Notes: a model not told the origin generated them from the sequence alone. A DNA stretch of 46,910 bases from Planctomycetota bacterium (GCA_025357795.1 JANYLN010000292.1:1-46910), one strand, 5' to 3'; counted from the stretch's first letter, positions 14,547 through 25,243 are shown. Made by a program: numbers and translations.

Positions 14547-17500
14547 ATGGCTACCGAGAGTGTATATGATCGGATCAACGATTACGGTTCGGTCCGAATC
14601 TCCCTTGCCAGCCCGAACGACATTCGTTCGTGGTCCTTTGGCGAGGTGAAGAAGCCTGAGACCATCAATTACCGCACGTACCGCCCCGAACGCGACGGTC
14701 TGTTCTGCGAACGGATCTTTGGCCCCGAACGCGACTGGGAGTGCGCCTGCGGCAAATACAAGGGTACCAAGCACAAGGGCATGATCTGCGACCGCTGCGG
14801 GGTGAAGGTCACCCACAGCCGTGTCCGCCGCAAGCGGATGGGTCACATCAACCTGGCCGCTCCGATCGTGCACATCTGGTTCTTCAAGGCGCCGCCCAGC
14901 CGCATCGGCACCCTGCTGAACATGAAGGTGTCCGACCTGGAAAAGGTCGTCTACTTCCAGGACTACGCCGTCACCGAGCCGGGCGATACCCCGCTAAAGA
15001 ACGCCCAGATCCTCACCGAGGAAGAGTTCCGCGCCGCCGTCGAAAAGTACGGCGCTGCCAGCTTCCGCGCGATGATGGGCGCCGAGGCGATCAAGACCCT
15101 GCTGATGGCCCTGAACCTCGAGCCCCTCGGCGTCACCCTGCGCGAGGCCATCGAGAAGACCTCCTCTAAGCAGAAGCGCAAGGACCTCATCAAGCGCCTC
15201 AAGGTCGTCGAAGCCCTTCGCCACAGCGGCAACAAGCCCGAGTGGATGGTCCTCGACGTCGTCCCGGTCATCCCGCCGGACCTGCGCCCCCTGGTCCTGC
15301 TGGAGAGTGGCAACTTCGCCACCAGCGACCTCAATGACCTCTACCGCCGCATCATTAACCGCAACAACCGCCTCAAGAAGCTGATCGACCTCAATGCCCC
15401 CGAGGTCATCATTCGCAACGAGAAGCGGATGCTCCAGCAGGCCGTCGATGCCCTCTTCGACAACGGCCGCTGCCGCCGCCCCGTGCTCGGCAGCAGCAAC
15501 CGCCCGCTCAAGTCGCTGACCGATATGATCAAGGGCAAGCAAGGCCGCTTCCGCGAAAACCTCCTCGGCAAGCGCGTCGATTACTCCGCCCGTTCGGTCA
15601 TCGTCGTCGGCCCCGAACTGCGCCTCTGGCAGTGCGGTCTGCCCAAGAAGATCGCCCTGGAACTTTATCAGCCGTTCATCATCCGCAAACTCCGCGAACG
15701 CGGCCTGGCTGACACCATCAAGTCCGCCAAGAAGATGCTCGAACGCCGCGACCAGGAAATCTGGGACATTCTCGAAGAGGTCATCTACCAGCACCCGGTC
15801 CTGCTGAACCGTGCCCCGACCCTTCACCGAATGGGTATCCAGGCCTTCGAGCCCGTCCTCGTCGAAGGTAATGCCATCAAGATCCATCCGCTGGTCTGCA
15901 AGGGCTTCAACGCCGACTTCGACGGTGACCAGATGGCAGTCCACCTGCCCCTGTCCATCGAGGCCCAGGCCGAGGCCCAGTCGCTGATGATGGCGACCAA
16001 CAACATCTTCAGCCCCCAGGACGGCCGACCCATCATGTCGCCGTCCCAGGATATCGTCTTGGGCTTGTTCTACCTGACCTACCGCCACGACCGCATGCCT
16101 CGCCGCGAGGTTCTTCAGGCCTACAGCGACGAGCATGAGGCGATGCTGGCCCATGCGACCAAGAAGATCGGGATTCACGACCTCATCAAGGTCCGCATCG
16201 TTAAGAAGATGGTCGTCAAGGGACGTAACGACGCGCCCGAGCCCTGCCCCAAGAACCGCATCATCGAGACCACCGTCGGCCGGCTGATCTTCAACGACAT
16301 CATCCCGTTTGCAATGCCGTTCTATAACTGCAACCTCAGCAACAAGGGTCAGAGCCGCGTCATCGCGGACTGCCACATGCTGCTGGGTCGGGCGGCTACC
16401 ATCGACCTGCTCGATGCGACCAAGACCCTCGGCTTCAAGAACGCGACCCTCGCCGGCCTGAGTCTCGGTGTCACCGACCTCCGCGTCCCGGCCAACAAGC
16501 AGAAGATCATCGATGCCGCCCAGAAGCAGGTCGACCGCGTCGAACGCGGCTACCAGCAGGGTGCCATCACCCAGACCGAACGCAGCAACCAGCTGATCGA
16601 TATCTGGATTCACGCCCGCGAGCAGGTGACCGAAGAGATGCTCATGGAGTTGCGCAATGACATGCGCGACGAGACCGGCAAGTACGTCCTGCCCAACGAT
16701 CCCAAGGGCAAACTCTACCTCAACCCGGTCTTCCTGATGACCGAGTCCGGTGCCCGTGGTAGCATCGACCAGATCCGCCAGCTCGCCGGTATGCGAGCCC
16801 TGATGGCCAAACCGTCCGGCGAAATTATCGAGACGCCCATCAAGACCAACTTCCGCGAAGGTCTGACCGTGCTCGAGTACTTCAGCTCGACCCACGGTGC
16901 TCGTAAGGGTCTGGCCGATACCGCCCTCAAGACCGCGGACTCCGGTTACCTGACCCGCAAGCTCATCGACGTCGCCCAGAACGTCATCATCACCGAGCTC
17001 GACTGCGGCACGATCCAGGGCATCACCAAGCGAGTTGTGTACAAGGGCGAAGAGGTCGAAGTCTCCCTGAAGGAGACCATCATCGGCCGCGTCGCCCGCG
17101 ACACGATCCGCCACCCGGTGACCGATGCCGTCATCATCGCTGAAAACCAGATCATCAGCGACGAGATCGCCGACAGGATCGACGAACTCGGCATCGAAGC
17201 CATCCGCGTCCGCAGCGCGCTGACCTGCGAGGCCACCCGCGGCATCTGCCGCAACTGCTACGGCGAGGACCTCTCCACCGGCAAGCCCGTCGAAGAGGGC
17301 ATGGCCGTCGGCATCATCGCGGCCCAGTCGATCGGTGAGCCGGGCACCCAGCTGACGATGCGTACGTTCCACACCGGTGGTGTGGCGGACCGCGCCGTCG
17401 TCGACAACGACGTCCGCAATACCCAGGCCGGTACCGTCAAGTTTCACGACTTGAACCCGGTCGTCGTGCCCGATCCGTTCGATCCGGCCGCCAGGATCAC

Positions 17501-19007
17501 CATCGCCCTGCGGCGTAACGGCGAAATGGCCGTGACCGATGCCAAGGGCCGTGAACTCGAACGCTACCGCGTGCCTTACGGTGCCCAGATCCTCGTCAAG
17601 GAAGGGCAGGAAGTGCCGCCCCGCAGCCAGCTGGTCGCGTGGGATGCCCACATGACCCCGATCCTGGCCGAAAAGGGCGGTATCATCCAGTTCCAGGATA
17701 TCGAGGAAGGCCTCACCGCTCGCCTCGAGACCGAAACCCGCTCCGGCGCCAAGCTCGTCATCATCGAGCACAAGGGCGGCCGTCGCCCGCAGATCAACAT
17801 CGTCGACAAGGAAGGCAATATCCTCGATTACCACTACCTCGGGGCCAAGACCCGTATCGAGGTCGAGGAAGGCCAGGAAGTGGTCCCAGGCCAGATGCTC
17901 GGCCGTCGTCCGCGGGAGTCCTCCGGTACCCAGGACATCACCGGCGGTCTGCCCCGTGTCACCGAACTCTTTGAGGCCCGCAAGCCCAAGGAGCCGGCCG
18001 TCATGGCGGAGATCTCCGGCAAGGTCGAAATCCGCGCCGACAAACGCCGTGGCAAGATGACCATCGTGATCAAGAGCGACTCCGGCATGGAGAAAGAGCA
18101 CTTCGTCCCCCAGGACAAGCACCTGCTCGTCCATACCGCCGACCTCGTCAACGCCGGCGACCCGCTCTGCGAAGGCCCGCTCGTTCCGCATGACATCCTG
18201 CGCATCCGCGGCGAGGAGAAACTGCACGAGTACCTGCTCGCCGGCGTCCAGGGCGTCTACCGCCAGCACAACGTGGGCATCAACGATAAGCACATCGAGA
18301 TCATCGCCAGCCAGATGCTCCGCAAGGTCCGCGTCGACAGCCCCGGCGACAGCAAGTTCCTGCCGGGCGAAGTGGTGGATCGCTTCAAGTTCCGCCGGGA
18401 AAACGACATCATCACCAAGGGCGTAAAGATCAAGGACCCCGGCGAAACGGAGCTCGTCCTCAACCAGTTCCTTACCCGCGAGCAGTACTCCGAAGCCAAT
18501 CACAAGGCCGAGGAAGAGGGCAAGCGGCCCGCCAAGGGGCGCAAGCCCCGCCCGGCTACGGCCAAGACCCTGCTGCTCGGCGTGACCAAGGCCTCGCTCC
18601 AGAGCGATTCGTTCATCGCCGCCGCCTCCTTCCAGGAGACGACTCGTGTGCTGACCGAAGCCGCCCTGGCCGGCGCACAGGACTTCCTGGTCGGCCTCAA
18701 GGAGAACGTCATCCTCGGTCACCTCATCCCGGCCGGCACCGGCTTCAAGCCGTACCTGGACATGAAGGTCAAACGCCGCGTCCTCGACGAACTGCCCGAG
18801 CCCGTCGCGGCCGCACAGAAATCCGTCGAGGCCGCCGGACCCACTGCCGCCGACCAGTTCCATGCCCTCTTCGGCCGGCCGACTCCCGAGTCGGACGAGT
18901 CCAAGATGCAGGTCATGGGTACCGCGCCAGAGGCCGCTGATACCGGCGACGAGGCCGGGGATGGCGCTGCCGGGGATGGTGGTGCCGCCGGCGGGGGCGC
19001 TCAGTAA
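14547..19007 (+). CDS. rpoC: DNA-directed RNA polymerase subunit beta-prime
   Basis: Zn-finger CACGKY..CDRCGV, catalytic [12 protein letters not shown], long ORF immediately after rpoB. ATG 14547 preferred over TTG 14544, with AAGGAAGG Shine-Dalgarno. Confidence 0.98.
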   Translation: MATESVYDRINDYGSVRISLASPNDIRSWSFGEVKKPETINYRTYRPERDGLFCERIFGPERDWECACGKYKGTKHKGMICDRCGVKVTHSRVRRKRMGHINLAAPIVHIWFFKAPPSRIGTLLNMKVSDLEKVVYFQDYAVTEPGDTPLKNAQILTEEEFRAAVEKYGAASFRAMMGAEAIKTLLMALNLEPLGVTLREAIEKTSSKQKRKDLIKRLKVVEALRHSGNKPEWMVLDVVPVIPPDLRPLVLLESGNFATSDLNDLYRRIINRNNRLKKLIDLNAPEVIIRNEKRMLQQAVDALFDNGRCRRPVLGSSNRPLKSLTDMIKGKQGRFRENLLGKRVDYSARSVIVVGPELRLWQCGLPKKIALELYQPFIIRKLRERGLADTIKSAKKMLERRDQEIWDILEEVIYQHPVLLNRAPTLHRMGIQAFEPVLVEGNAIKIHPLVCKGFNADFDGDQMAVHLPLSIEAQAEAQSLMMATNNIFSPQDGRPIMSPSQDIVLGLFYLTYRHDRMPRREVLQAYSDEHEAMLAHATKKIGIHDLIKVRIVKKMVVKGRNDAPEPCPKNRIIETTVGRLIFNDIIPFAMPFYNCNLSNKGQSRVIADCHMLLGRAATIDLLDATKTLGFKNATLAGLSLGVTDLRVPANKQKIIDAAQKQVDRVERGYQQGAITQTERSNQLIDIWIHAREQVTEEMLMELRNDMRDETGKYVLPNDPKGKLYLNPVFLMTESGARGSIDQIRQLAGMRALMAKPSGEIIETPIKTNFREGLTVLEYFSSTHGARKGLADTALKTADSGYLTRKLIDVAQNVIITELDCGTIQGITKRVVYKGEEVEVSLKETIIGRVARDTIRHPVTDAVIIAENQIISDEIADRIDELGIEAIRVRSALTCEATRGICRNCYGEDLSTGKPVEEGMAVGIIAAQSIGEPGTQLTMRTFHTGGVADRAVVDNDVRNTQAGTVKFHDLNPVVVPDPFDPAARITIALRRNGEMAVTDAKGRELERYRVPYGAQILVKEGQEVPPRSQLVAWDAHMTPILAEKGGIIQFQDIEEGLTARLETETRSGAKLVIIEHKGGRRPQINIVDKEGNILDYHYLGAKTRIEVEEGQEVVPGQMLGRRPRESSGTQDITGGLPRVTELFEARKPKEPAVMAEISGKVEIRADKRRGKMTIVIKSDSGMEKEHFVPQDKHLLVHTADLVNAGDPLCEGPLVPHDILRIRGEEKLHEYLLAGVQGVYRQHNVGINDKHIEIIASQMLRKVRVDSPGDSKFLPGEVVDRFKFRRENDIITKGVKIKDPGETELVLNQFLTREQYSEANHKAEEEGKRPAKGRKPRPATAKTLLLGVTKASLQSDSFIAAASFQETTRVLTEAALAGAQDFLVGLKENVILGHLIPAGTGFKPYLDMKVKRRVLDELPEPVAAAQKSVEAAGPTAADQFHALFGRPTPESDESKMQVMGTAPEAADTGDEAGDGAAGDGGAAGGGAQ

Positions 19008-19343
19008 CGGCCCCAAGGGCCGCCGCCGATGTGAATTCTGTCGGCCGCCGCCCGTTTGGTGGCGCCGTTGGTGGCACCCACACCGTATCGGAAAGGGTGC
19101 CGCCCCGTCGGCCTGACTCGGCCTGGCAGGGCGGACGGCTGCCAAGTGGCGCCGCATGTGGCGCTTGGCGACGAATGGCCGTCGCCGCAAGTTCCGTGAG
19201 GAAAATGTTGGACGGTACTAACAACGACCCGTCCGGTATGGTATAAATAGGGACTCCCGATGAATTTAAGGGAGTTGCGCCCTTGAAAGAAGTGCCCCGG
19301 GTATCTTGGCAAGTGCCTGTGGCCTCAAGAGATGGAGAGCGGA

Positions 19344-19736
19344 ATGCCTACGATCAACCAGTTAGTCCGGCAAGGTAGAACGAAGCCCGTAAATAAGTCG
19401 CGCTCACGCGACCTGGATAGCTGCGGCCAGAAACGCGGGGTTTGCCTACAGGTCAAAACCATGACCCCAAAGAAGCCGAACTCGGCTCTCCGTAAGGTCG
19501 CCCGCGTCCGCCTCAGCAACGGCCGCGAAATCACCGCCTATATCCCCGGGGTGGACCACAACTTGCAGGAACACTCCGTCGTGCTCGTCCGTGGCGGCCG
19601 TGTTCGCGACCTGCCGGGCGTTCGCTATCACGTCGTTCGCGGCACGTTGGACTGCGCGGGCGTCCAAAACGACAAGGACGGACGTCCTCGCAACCGCAGC
19701 CGCTCCAAGTATGGCGTCAAGAAGGGCAAGAAGTAA
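19344..19736 (+). CDS. rpsL: 30S ribosomal protein S12
   Basis: [12 protein letters not shown]... and the [16 protein letters not shown] block. ATG 19344; the ORF track starts 12 nt earlier. Confidence 0.96.
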   Translation: MPTINQLVRQGRTKPVNKSRSRDLDSCGQKRGVCLQVKTMTPKKPNSALRKVARVRLSNGREITAYIPGVDHNLQEHSVVLVRGGRVRDLPGVRYHVVRGTLDCAGVQNDKDGRPRNRSRSKYGVKKGKK

Positions 19737-19797
19737 TCTGGACATGTATAGCGGTGCCGCTTTGGCGGAATCGCGCAAAGCTCCTGGGTAAAAGAGA

Positions 19798-20277
19798 ATG
19801 GCAAAGAATAAACCGACGAAATCCGTCGCACAGTTGGCCCCGGACCCCAAGTTCGGATCCAAACTGCTCAGCAAGTTCACCAACTGCGTGATGGAGCGCG
19901 GCAAGAAGGCCGTCGCGTATCGCATCATATACGAAGCCCTGGACTTGGTCAGCCGCCGCGTCAAGGACAAGCCGAGCATCGAGGTCTTCGAGCAGGCCCT
20001 CAACAACATCAAGCCGAACGTCGAGGTCCGCAGCCGACGAGTGGGTGGCTCGAACTACCAGGTTCCGATGCCCGTCAATCCCCGCCGTCAGCAGTCCCTG
20101 GCGATCCGCTGGATCATCGACGCCGCCCGCGGCAAGAAGGGCCGCCCGATGGCCCAGAAACTCGCCGGCGAGATCGTCGACGCCTTCAATCGTGAAGGTG
20201 CGGCCTGGACCGCCCGCGAAAACATCCACAAGATGGCCGAAGCCAACAAGGCCTTCGCCCACTTCGCGTGGCGATAA
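19798..20277 (+). CDS. rpsG: 30S ribosomal protein S7
   Basis: 159-aa ORF with the VEVRSRRVGGSNYQVP block and C-terminal AFAHFRW-like end, following rpsL. Confidence 0.96.
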   Translation: MAKNKPTKSVAQLAPDPKFGSKLLSKFTNCVMERGKKAVAYRIIYEALDLVSRRVKDKPSIEVFEQALNNIKPNVEVRSRRVGGSNYQVPMPVNPRRQQSLAIRWIIDAARGKKGRPMAQKLAGEIVDAFNREGAAWTARENIHKMAEANKAFAHFAWR

Positions 20278-20358
20278 AGACGCAGAAACGACACGCGGAC
20301 CAATCCATCCAGCCGGTGGCTTGGTTCGTTTGTTGTGGACGCCAGATGTCAGCTTATA

Positions 20359-20386
20359 AAATACTGTGGATTGTCTTACAGTATTT
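20359..20386. promoter_or_regulatory. perfect 9-bp inverted repeat (candidate operator) overlapping the -35 of the fusA-proximal promoter
   Basis: aaatactgt (20359-20367), N10, acagtattt (20378-20386). The arms are exact reverse complements and sit in an AT-richer patch. Confidence 0.45.
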
Positions 20387-20404
20387 GACCAGGGTGGCTA
20401 TAAT
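20376..20404 (+). promoter_or_regulatory. sigma70-like promoter candidate upstream of fusA
   Basis: TTACAG (20376-20381), 17-nt spacer, TATAAT (20399-20404). About 420 nt upstream of the fusA ATG. Confidence 0.45.
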
Positions 20405-20827
20405 TGCTCCCTTTCGCTGATAGGTTGCCTGAGCGTTATATGTTCGCTGCAGCAAGGGATGAGTAGACGTACCTTTGCTAAGGAGACGTAAGTTTGAACG
20501 CACAAAGCACTTACGGCTTGCGATGATGCGGTGACCCCTGCACGCATCGACGCGAGTGATGCGTGTGGGAGTTGAGCCGGAGCCGTGAGTATCGTCGCTC
20601 CAAGGGCCTGCAGGGGTTGTCAGTCTAGCAAGGCGGCCCGACGGCAAGATCCGCCGGGACGCCTGAGAAGATCAGACCACGCCTCCAGGCCCTATGTATT
20701 TGTTGCCGGCGGCTACCCGCATGGCCAAGAGGCTGGCTGGCTGGCCCGGCCTTGGCAGTGGATGGATTTGTATCAGAGTCCGGGCATTGGGCCGCGTCGT
20801 ATTCTTTAAGATGGAACGAGTAGAATC

Positions 20828-22903
20828 ATGAGCGCTGACTTACAAAAGACCAGGAACATTGGCATTGCCGCCCACATCGACGCGGGCAAGACGACGGCTA
20901 CCGAACGGATTCTGTACTACGCTGGCAAGATTCACCGCATGGGTGAGGTCCACGAAGGGACCACCACCACGGACTTCGACCCCGAAGAGCAAGCCCGCGG
21001 CATTACGATTTACTCCGCCGCGGTCACCGTCGAGTGGCAGGGCCACACGATCAACGTGATCGACACGCCTGGCCACGTCGATTTCACGGCCGAGGTCGAA
21101 CGGTCCATGCGCGTGCTGGACGGCGCGATCGCCGTATTTGACGCCAAGGAAGGCGTGGAGGCCCAGAGCGAAACAATCTGGCGCCAGGCAAGCAAGTACA
21201 CCGTGCCGCGGCTTTGTTTCGTCAACAAAATGGACAAGGTCGGCGCCGACTTCTTCAACTGCGTCAAGGAGATCCGCGAAAGGTTATCGGGCAATCCGAT
21301 CCCCGTGCAGATCCCGATCGGCACCCAGAGCGAGTTCGAAGGCCTGATCGATCTTCTGACAATGAAGGCGATCTACTTCAAGGCCGACACCCGCGGCAAT
21401 AAGTGGGATGAGCGGGAGATTCCCGAGGAACTGCTGGACCTTGCCAAGCACTGGCGCCACCTCCTGGAAGAGAAGGTCGCCGAGACCTGCGATGTGCTCA
21501 TGGACAAGTACATCCACGAGCAGCCGATCTCGCCTGAGGAGATCGTGGTGGCCCTGCGTAAGGCGACCGTCGCCAGCCAGGCGCATCCGGTCTTTGTTGG
21601 TTCGGCTCTCAAATACATGGGCGTACAGCACCTGCTCGACGGCGTGATCGCCTACCTGCCCAGTCCTCTCGATATGCCCCCGGTTGTTGGCCATGACCCC
21701 GATGATCCCGCGAAGGAAATCATGCGCACGTGCGACGATAGCGAGCCGCTGTGCGCGCTGCTGTTCAAGGTAGTGACCGAAAAGCCGGTGGAGCTGTTCT
21801 TCGTGCGGATTTACTCCGGCGTACTCAAGAGCGGGTCGCGGATCTACAACGCCAACCGCCGCAAGAAGGAGAACGTCAGCCGGGTCTTCCGCATGTTCGC
21901 CAAGCGTCGCGAGGCGATCGACGAGGCCCGGGCCGGCGACATCGTCGCGGTGGTGGGGCTTCGCGACTCGCTGACGGGCGATACGCTGTGCGAGCAGAAG
22001 CACGAGGTCATCCTTGAGAAGATCGAGTTCCCCGAGACCGTCATCAGCATGGCCGTTGAGCCGAAGAGTTCGGGCGATCGCGACCGCCTGGCGGAGGCCC
22101 TCGCAGCCCTGAGCCGTCAGGACCCGACCTTCGATTGGCGAGTCGACCCCGAGACCGGCCAGATGCTTATCGCGGGCATGGGCGAACTGCATCTGGAGAT
22201 CATGACCCACCGCCTGGAGCGGGACATGAACGTCGGCGTGCGGGTAGGCCGGCCGCGGGTCAGCTACCGCGAGACGGTCCTCGGCAAGGCCACGTCCGAA
22301 TGCCGCTTCATCCGCCAGACAGGTGGCCATGGTCAGTTCGCCGTGGTCGAACTGTCGGTCGAGCCCCATCAGCCGGCCGAGGGCGAAGACCATGTTGTGT
22401 TCGAAAACGAGATTCACGGCGGAACGATCAGCCGGCAGTACATCAAGGCCGTGGAAGAGGGCGTCCGCGAGGCCGCCAAGGGCGGCGTGCTGGCGGGATA
22501 TCCCCTTATCAACACGAAGGTTACGCTCCTGGACGGCAAGGAGCATGCAGTCGATTCGTCTGACCTCGCGTTCGAGAACGCCGGGATGATGGCGTTTCGA
22601 CAGGCGTGCCAGGAGGCCAGGGTCGGGCTGCTTGAGCCGATTATGCGACTTGAAGTTACGCTGCCAGAAGAGTATTTTGGTGTCGTGATCGGGGATCTGC
22701 ATTCCCGCCGGGCTACGATCACAGATACCCTCGTACGGACCGACCGGCGAGTTATCCACGCGCGGGCTCCCCTGGCGGAAATGTTCGGATACTCCACGAC
22801 GCTGCGTAGCCTGACCCAGGGCCGGGCTGGCTGGATCATGGAGCCGTCGCACTTTGCGGCCGTGCCGGCGCAGGTCGCAGAGACGCTGCTGCAGGAAGTT
22901 TAG
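20828..22903 (+). CDS. fusA: elongation factor G
   Basis: 691-aa ORF with AHIDAGKTT (G1), ARGITI (switch I), DTPGHVDF (G3) and NKMD (G4). Confidence 0.97.
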   Translation: MSADLQKTRNIGIAAHIDAGKTTATERILYYAGKIHRMGEVHEGTTTTDFDPEEQARGITIYSAAVTVEWQGHTINVIDTPGHVDFTAEVERSMRVLDGAIAVFDAKEGVEAQSETIWRQASKYTVPRLCFVNKMDKVGADFFNCVKEIRERLSGNPIPVQIPIGTQSEFEGLIDLLTMKAIYFKADTRGNKWDEREIPEELLDLAKHWRHLLEEKVAETCDVLMDKYIHEQPISPEEIVVALRKATVASQAHPVFVGSALKYMGVQHLLDGVIAYLPSPLDMPPVVGHDPDDPAKEIMRTCDDSEPLCALLFKVVTEKPVELFFVRIYSGVLKSGSRIYNANRRKKENVSRVFRMFAKRREAIDEARAGDIVAVVGLRDSLTGDTLCEQKHEVILEKIEFPETVISMAVEPKSSGDRDRLAEALAALSRQDPTFDWRVDPETGQMLIAGMGELHLEIMTHRLERDMNVGVRVGRPRVSYRETVLGKATSECRFIRQTGGHGQFAVVELSVEPHQPAEGEDHVVFENEIHGGTISRQYIKAVEEGVREAAKGGVLAGYPLINTKVTLLDGKEHAVDSSDLAFENAGMMAFRQACQEARVGLLEPIMRLEVTLPEEYFGVVIGDLHSRRATITDTLVRTDRRVIHARAPLAEMFGYSTTLRSLTQGRAGWIMEPSHFAAVPAQVAETLLQEV

Positions 22904-22942
22904 TAAATAGCGGCACGCGTGCAGGATTTGCTTGTGACACGA

Positions 22943-22970
22943 TTGACAAAGGTATTCTTACTGCTAGGAT
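22943..22970 (+). promoter_or_regulatory. sigma70-like promoter candidate upstream of the S10 operon
   Basis: TTGACA (22943-22948), 16-nt spacer, TAGGAT (22965-22970). 67 nt upstream of rpsJ. Confidence 0.4.
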
Positions 22971-23036
22971 AGTCGGTCTGCCGCCATTGTCGGATCTAGA
23001 CAGCAGGGCGGTGTAACTAATGGGAGTGCAGCTCGG

Positions 23037-23345
23037 ATGCAGGGCGAAAGGATACGGATTCGGATGGAAGCGTATGATCATCGTGCGCTTGACTCCTCGG
23101 CCAAAGAGATCGTGGACCATGCCAAGCGCACTGGTGCCAAGGTCTGTGGTCCGGTGCCGCTGCCGACGCACATCGAGCGGTACACAGTCCTTCGCTCGCC
23201 CCACATTGACAAGAAGTCGCGAGAGCAGTTCGAGATCCGCACCCACAAGCGGCTCATCGATATCGAGGAGCCCACCGCCCGGACGATCGAGGCGCTCAAC
23301 CGCCTCGTCGTGCCAGCAGGTGTGTTCATCAAGATCAAGGCGTAG
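23037..23345 (+). CDS. rpsJ: 30S ribosomal protein S10
   Basis: [39 protein letters not shown]... is a canonical S10. Confidence 0.96.
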   Translation: MQGERIRIRMEAYDHRALDSSAKEIVDHAKRTGAKVCGPVPLPTHIERYTVLRSPHIDKKSREQFEIRTHKRLIDIEEPTARTIEALNRLVVPAGVFIKIKA

Positions 23346-23519
23346 GTTTTTATCCGTCTGACATGGCTGGTGAGGTCTGACCGGCTGAGTAAGCCAAGGC
23401 AGGCCCCTCGCGGATGTGCTGGATGCATTCGCGGGTTGCCGTATAACGGTCAAGCGAAGGGCATGCGAGCTGGTATCGCATGTCACGGCTAGCAAGACTC
23501 GTGGTGAGGTTATTTGCAC

Positions 23520-24203
23520 ATGATTGCTGCGATACTCGGCACAAAAGTGGGCATGACTCGCGTCTACGACGCAAACGGCGCAATGGTCCCGGCAACGGTG
23601 ATCCAGGCAGGCCCGTGCTCGATTCTGCAAGTCAAGACGCAGGCGGCCGATGGCTACGAAGCCGTGCAGCTGGGCTTCGGTGACGCCAAGGTCAAGCGGA
23701 CCAGCATGGCCCTGATCGGCCACTGTGCCAAGACCGGCGCGACGCCTAAGCAGTTCATCCGGGAGATCCGGCTGGACGCGGCGACGGATCGCCAGGTCGG
23801 GCAGGTGGTCAACGTCGGCGAGTTCACCGAGAAGGAAATCAAGTACGTCGACGTCGTTGGCGTAAGTAAAGGCAAGGGCTTCCAGGGCGTTATGAAACGC
23901 TGGGGCTTCGGCGGCCAGTGCAGCTCGCACGGTACGGAACGCAAGCACCGCAGTGCCGGCTCGATCGGCAGTTACGGCACGGAGCGCGGTGGTGCTGGCG
24001 GCCCCAAGAAGGGCAAGAAGATGGCCGGCCACATGGGCCACGAAGTCCATACCACCCGTAGCTTGCGGGTGCTGCGGGTGATGCCCGAGCACAACCTGAT
24101 GGTCGTCTCGGGCAGCGTACCGGGCCCCAACGGCGGCTACGTGATGGTCCGCCAGGCCGTGGTGCCGCCCAAGAGCGTGCCGCCGGCGGCGGCCAAGAAG
24201 TAA
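23520..24203 (+). CDS. rplC: 50S ribosomal protein L3
   Basis: MIAAILGTKVGMTRVYD... L3 start at ATG 23520 with GGTGAGG Shine-Dalgarno. The ORF track starts at TTG 23514. Confidence 0.94.
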   Translation: MIAAILGTKVGMTRVYDANGAMVPATVIQAGPCSILQVKTQAADGYEAVQLGFGDAKVKRTSMALIGHCAKTGATPKQFIREIRLDAATDRQVGQVVNVGEFTEKEIKYVDVVGVSKGKGFQGVMKRWGFGGQCSSHGTERKHRSAGSIGSYGTERGGAGGPKKGKKMAGHMGHEVHTTRSLRVLRVMPEHNLMVVSGSVPGPNGGYVMVRQAVVPPKSVPPAAAKK

Positions 24204-24260
24204 GCCAGCGTAAGACGTGACGAACAAGAAACTAGGACACAGATTGCAGAGTGCCGGCTC

Positions 24261-24911
24261 ATGATCGATGTACCAGTCTTCAGCCGAGATGGCAAACAAG
24301 TTGAGACGCTGCAGATCGACGAGCAGCAACTGGGCGGTAAGGTCCGGTCTCGCCTGCTCAAGCAGGCTATCGTAATGTACGAGGCCAACCAGCGGCAGGG
24401 GACGGTCGCCAAGAAGTCTCGCAGCATGGTGGAAGGCTCGACCCGCAAGATCTACAAGCAGAAGCATACCGGTAACGCTCGTATGGGTTCGGTCCGCTCA
24501 CCGGTCCGCCGGGGCGGTGGCCGGACCTTCGACCAGGTCCCGCGCGATCACTCGAAGGACATGCCGGAGAAGATGCGCCGGCTCGCCCGGGCGAACGCAC
24601 TGTTAGCCAAGTTGGTCGATCAGGAAGTCAAGATCGTCGACGGATTCGGGCTCGACAGTCCCAAGACCAAGCAGTTCGCCCAGGTCCTCAAGGCCCTGCA
24701 GATCGACGGCAGGACGTGCGTGCTGGCGACGGCCCGGCACGACGAGGCCCTCTTCAAGAGCGGGCGCAACATCCACGGAATGATGATCACTACGGTGTCG
24801 CAGATCAATGCTTATAACCTTCTGCGACACCATTTCGTTTTGTTCACTAAAGAAGCATTCCAGGCGTTCGCGGCCAACCCGATGAACCCGGCGCAGCCCG
24901 CGGTTGCGTGA
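24261..24911 (+). CDS. rplD: 50S ribosomal protein L4
   Basis: 216-aa ORF with the KQKHTGNARMGSVRSPVRRGGGRTF block, at the position between rplC and rplW. Confidence 0.94.
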   Translation: MIDVPVFSRDGKQVETLQIDEQQLGGKVRSRLLKQAIVMYEANQRQGTVAKKSRSMVEGSTRKIYKQKHTGNARMGSVRSPVRRGGGRTFDQVPRDHSKDMPEKMRRLARANALLAKLVDQEVKIVDGFGLDSPKTKQFAQVLKALQIDGRTCVLATARHDEALFKSGRNIHGMMITTVSQINAYNLLRHHFVLFTKEAFQAFAANPMNPAQPAVA

Positions 24912-24931
24912 GTGCGAGGTAGGAAACGGTC

Positions 24932-25243
24932 ATGGATGCATATGAAGTCATTGTTAAGCCGCTGATCACGGAAAAAAGTGTGTGGCTCAGCGGCAGGCGC
25001 TTCGAGGAGACGTCGTCCAAGCCGGCTCGCGGCGGAACGTACACCTTCGAGGTGCATCCCAAGGCGAACAAGGCACAGGTCCGTTACGCGATCGAACGAA
25101 TTTACGGCGTACGGGTCATGGATGTCCGGACTGGTCGTCGGCCTGGCAAGCGTCGCCGGTATCGCCAGAGCATCGGTGTGACGAGCGCCATGAAGAAGGC
25201 GATCGTAACGCTGCACCCGGACTACCATATTGACCTGTTCTAA
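24932..25243 (+). CDS. rplW: 50S ribosomal protein L23
   Basis: MDAYEVIVKPLITEKS... with YTFEVHPKANKAQVRYAIERIYGVRV, typical of L23. Confidence 0.94.
   Translation: MDAYEVIVKPLITEKSVWLSGRRFEETSSKPARGGTYTFEVHPKANKAQVRYAIERIYGVRVMDVRTGRRPGKRRRYRQSIGVTSAMKKAIVTLHPDYHIDLF

Noticed and set aside
19239-19247. Extended -10-like TGgTATAAA upstream of rpsL as a promoter.
   Set aside because: No acceptable -35 at 16-18 nt (TAACAA at best). It is plausible but too weak to list as a feature.
20359-20386. Considered calling the TACTGT..ACAGTA palindrome a LexA SOS box.
   Set aside because: The CTG..CAG spacing is 12 nt, not the 10 nt of the E. coli-type box. LexA motifs differ between phyla, and fusA is not an expected SOS gene. 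It is kept only as a generic operator candidate.
20354-20647. 97-aa minus-strand ORF and 74-aa plus-strand ORF (20585-20809) inside the rpsG-fusA spacer.
   Set aside because: No Shine-Dalgarno, no recognisable domains, and Arg/Pro-rich or atypical composition. They are more likely chance ORFs within a non-coding leader.
20278-20827. Tested whether the rpsG-fusA spacer is a known RNA gene (RNase P, tmRNA, SRP/4.5S or 6S).
   Set aside because: The hallmark motifs were not found: GGAAAGTCCGGGC-type P4 for RNase P, a tRNA-like GGTTCGAATCC...CCA end for tmRNA, and GGAAGCAGCC-type domain IV for SRP. Only agagtccgggc occurs near the 3' end, which is insufficient. This needs a covariance-model scan to settle.
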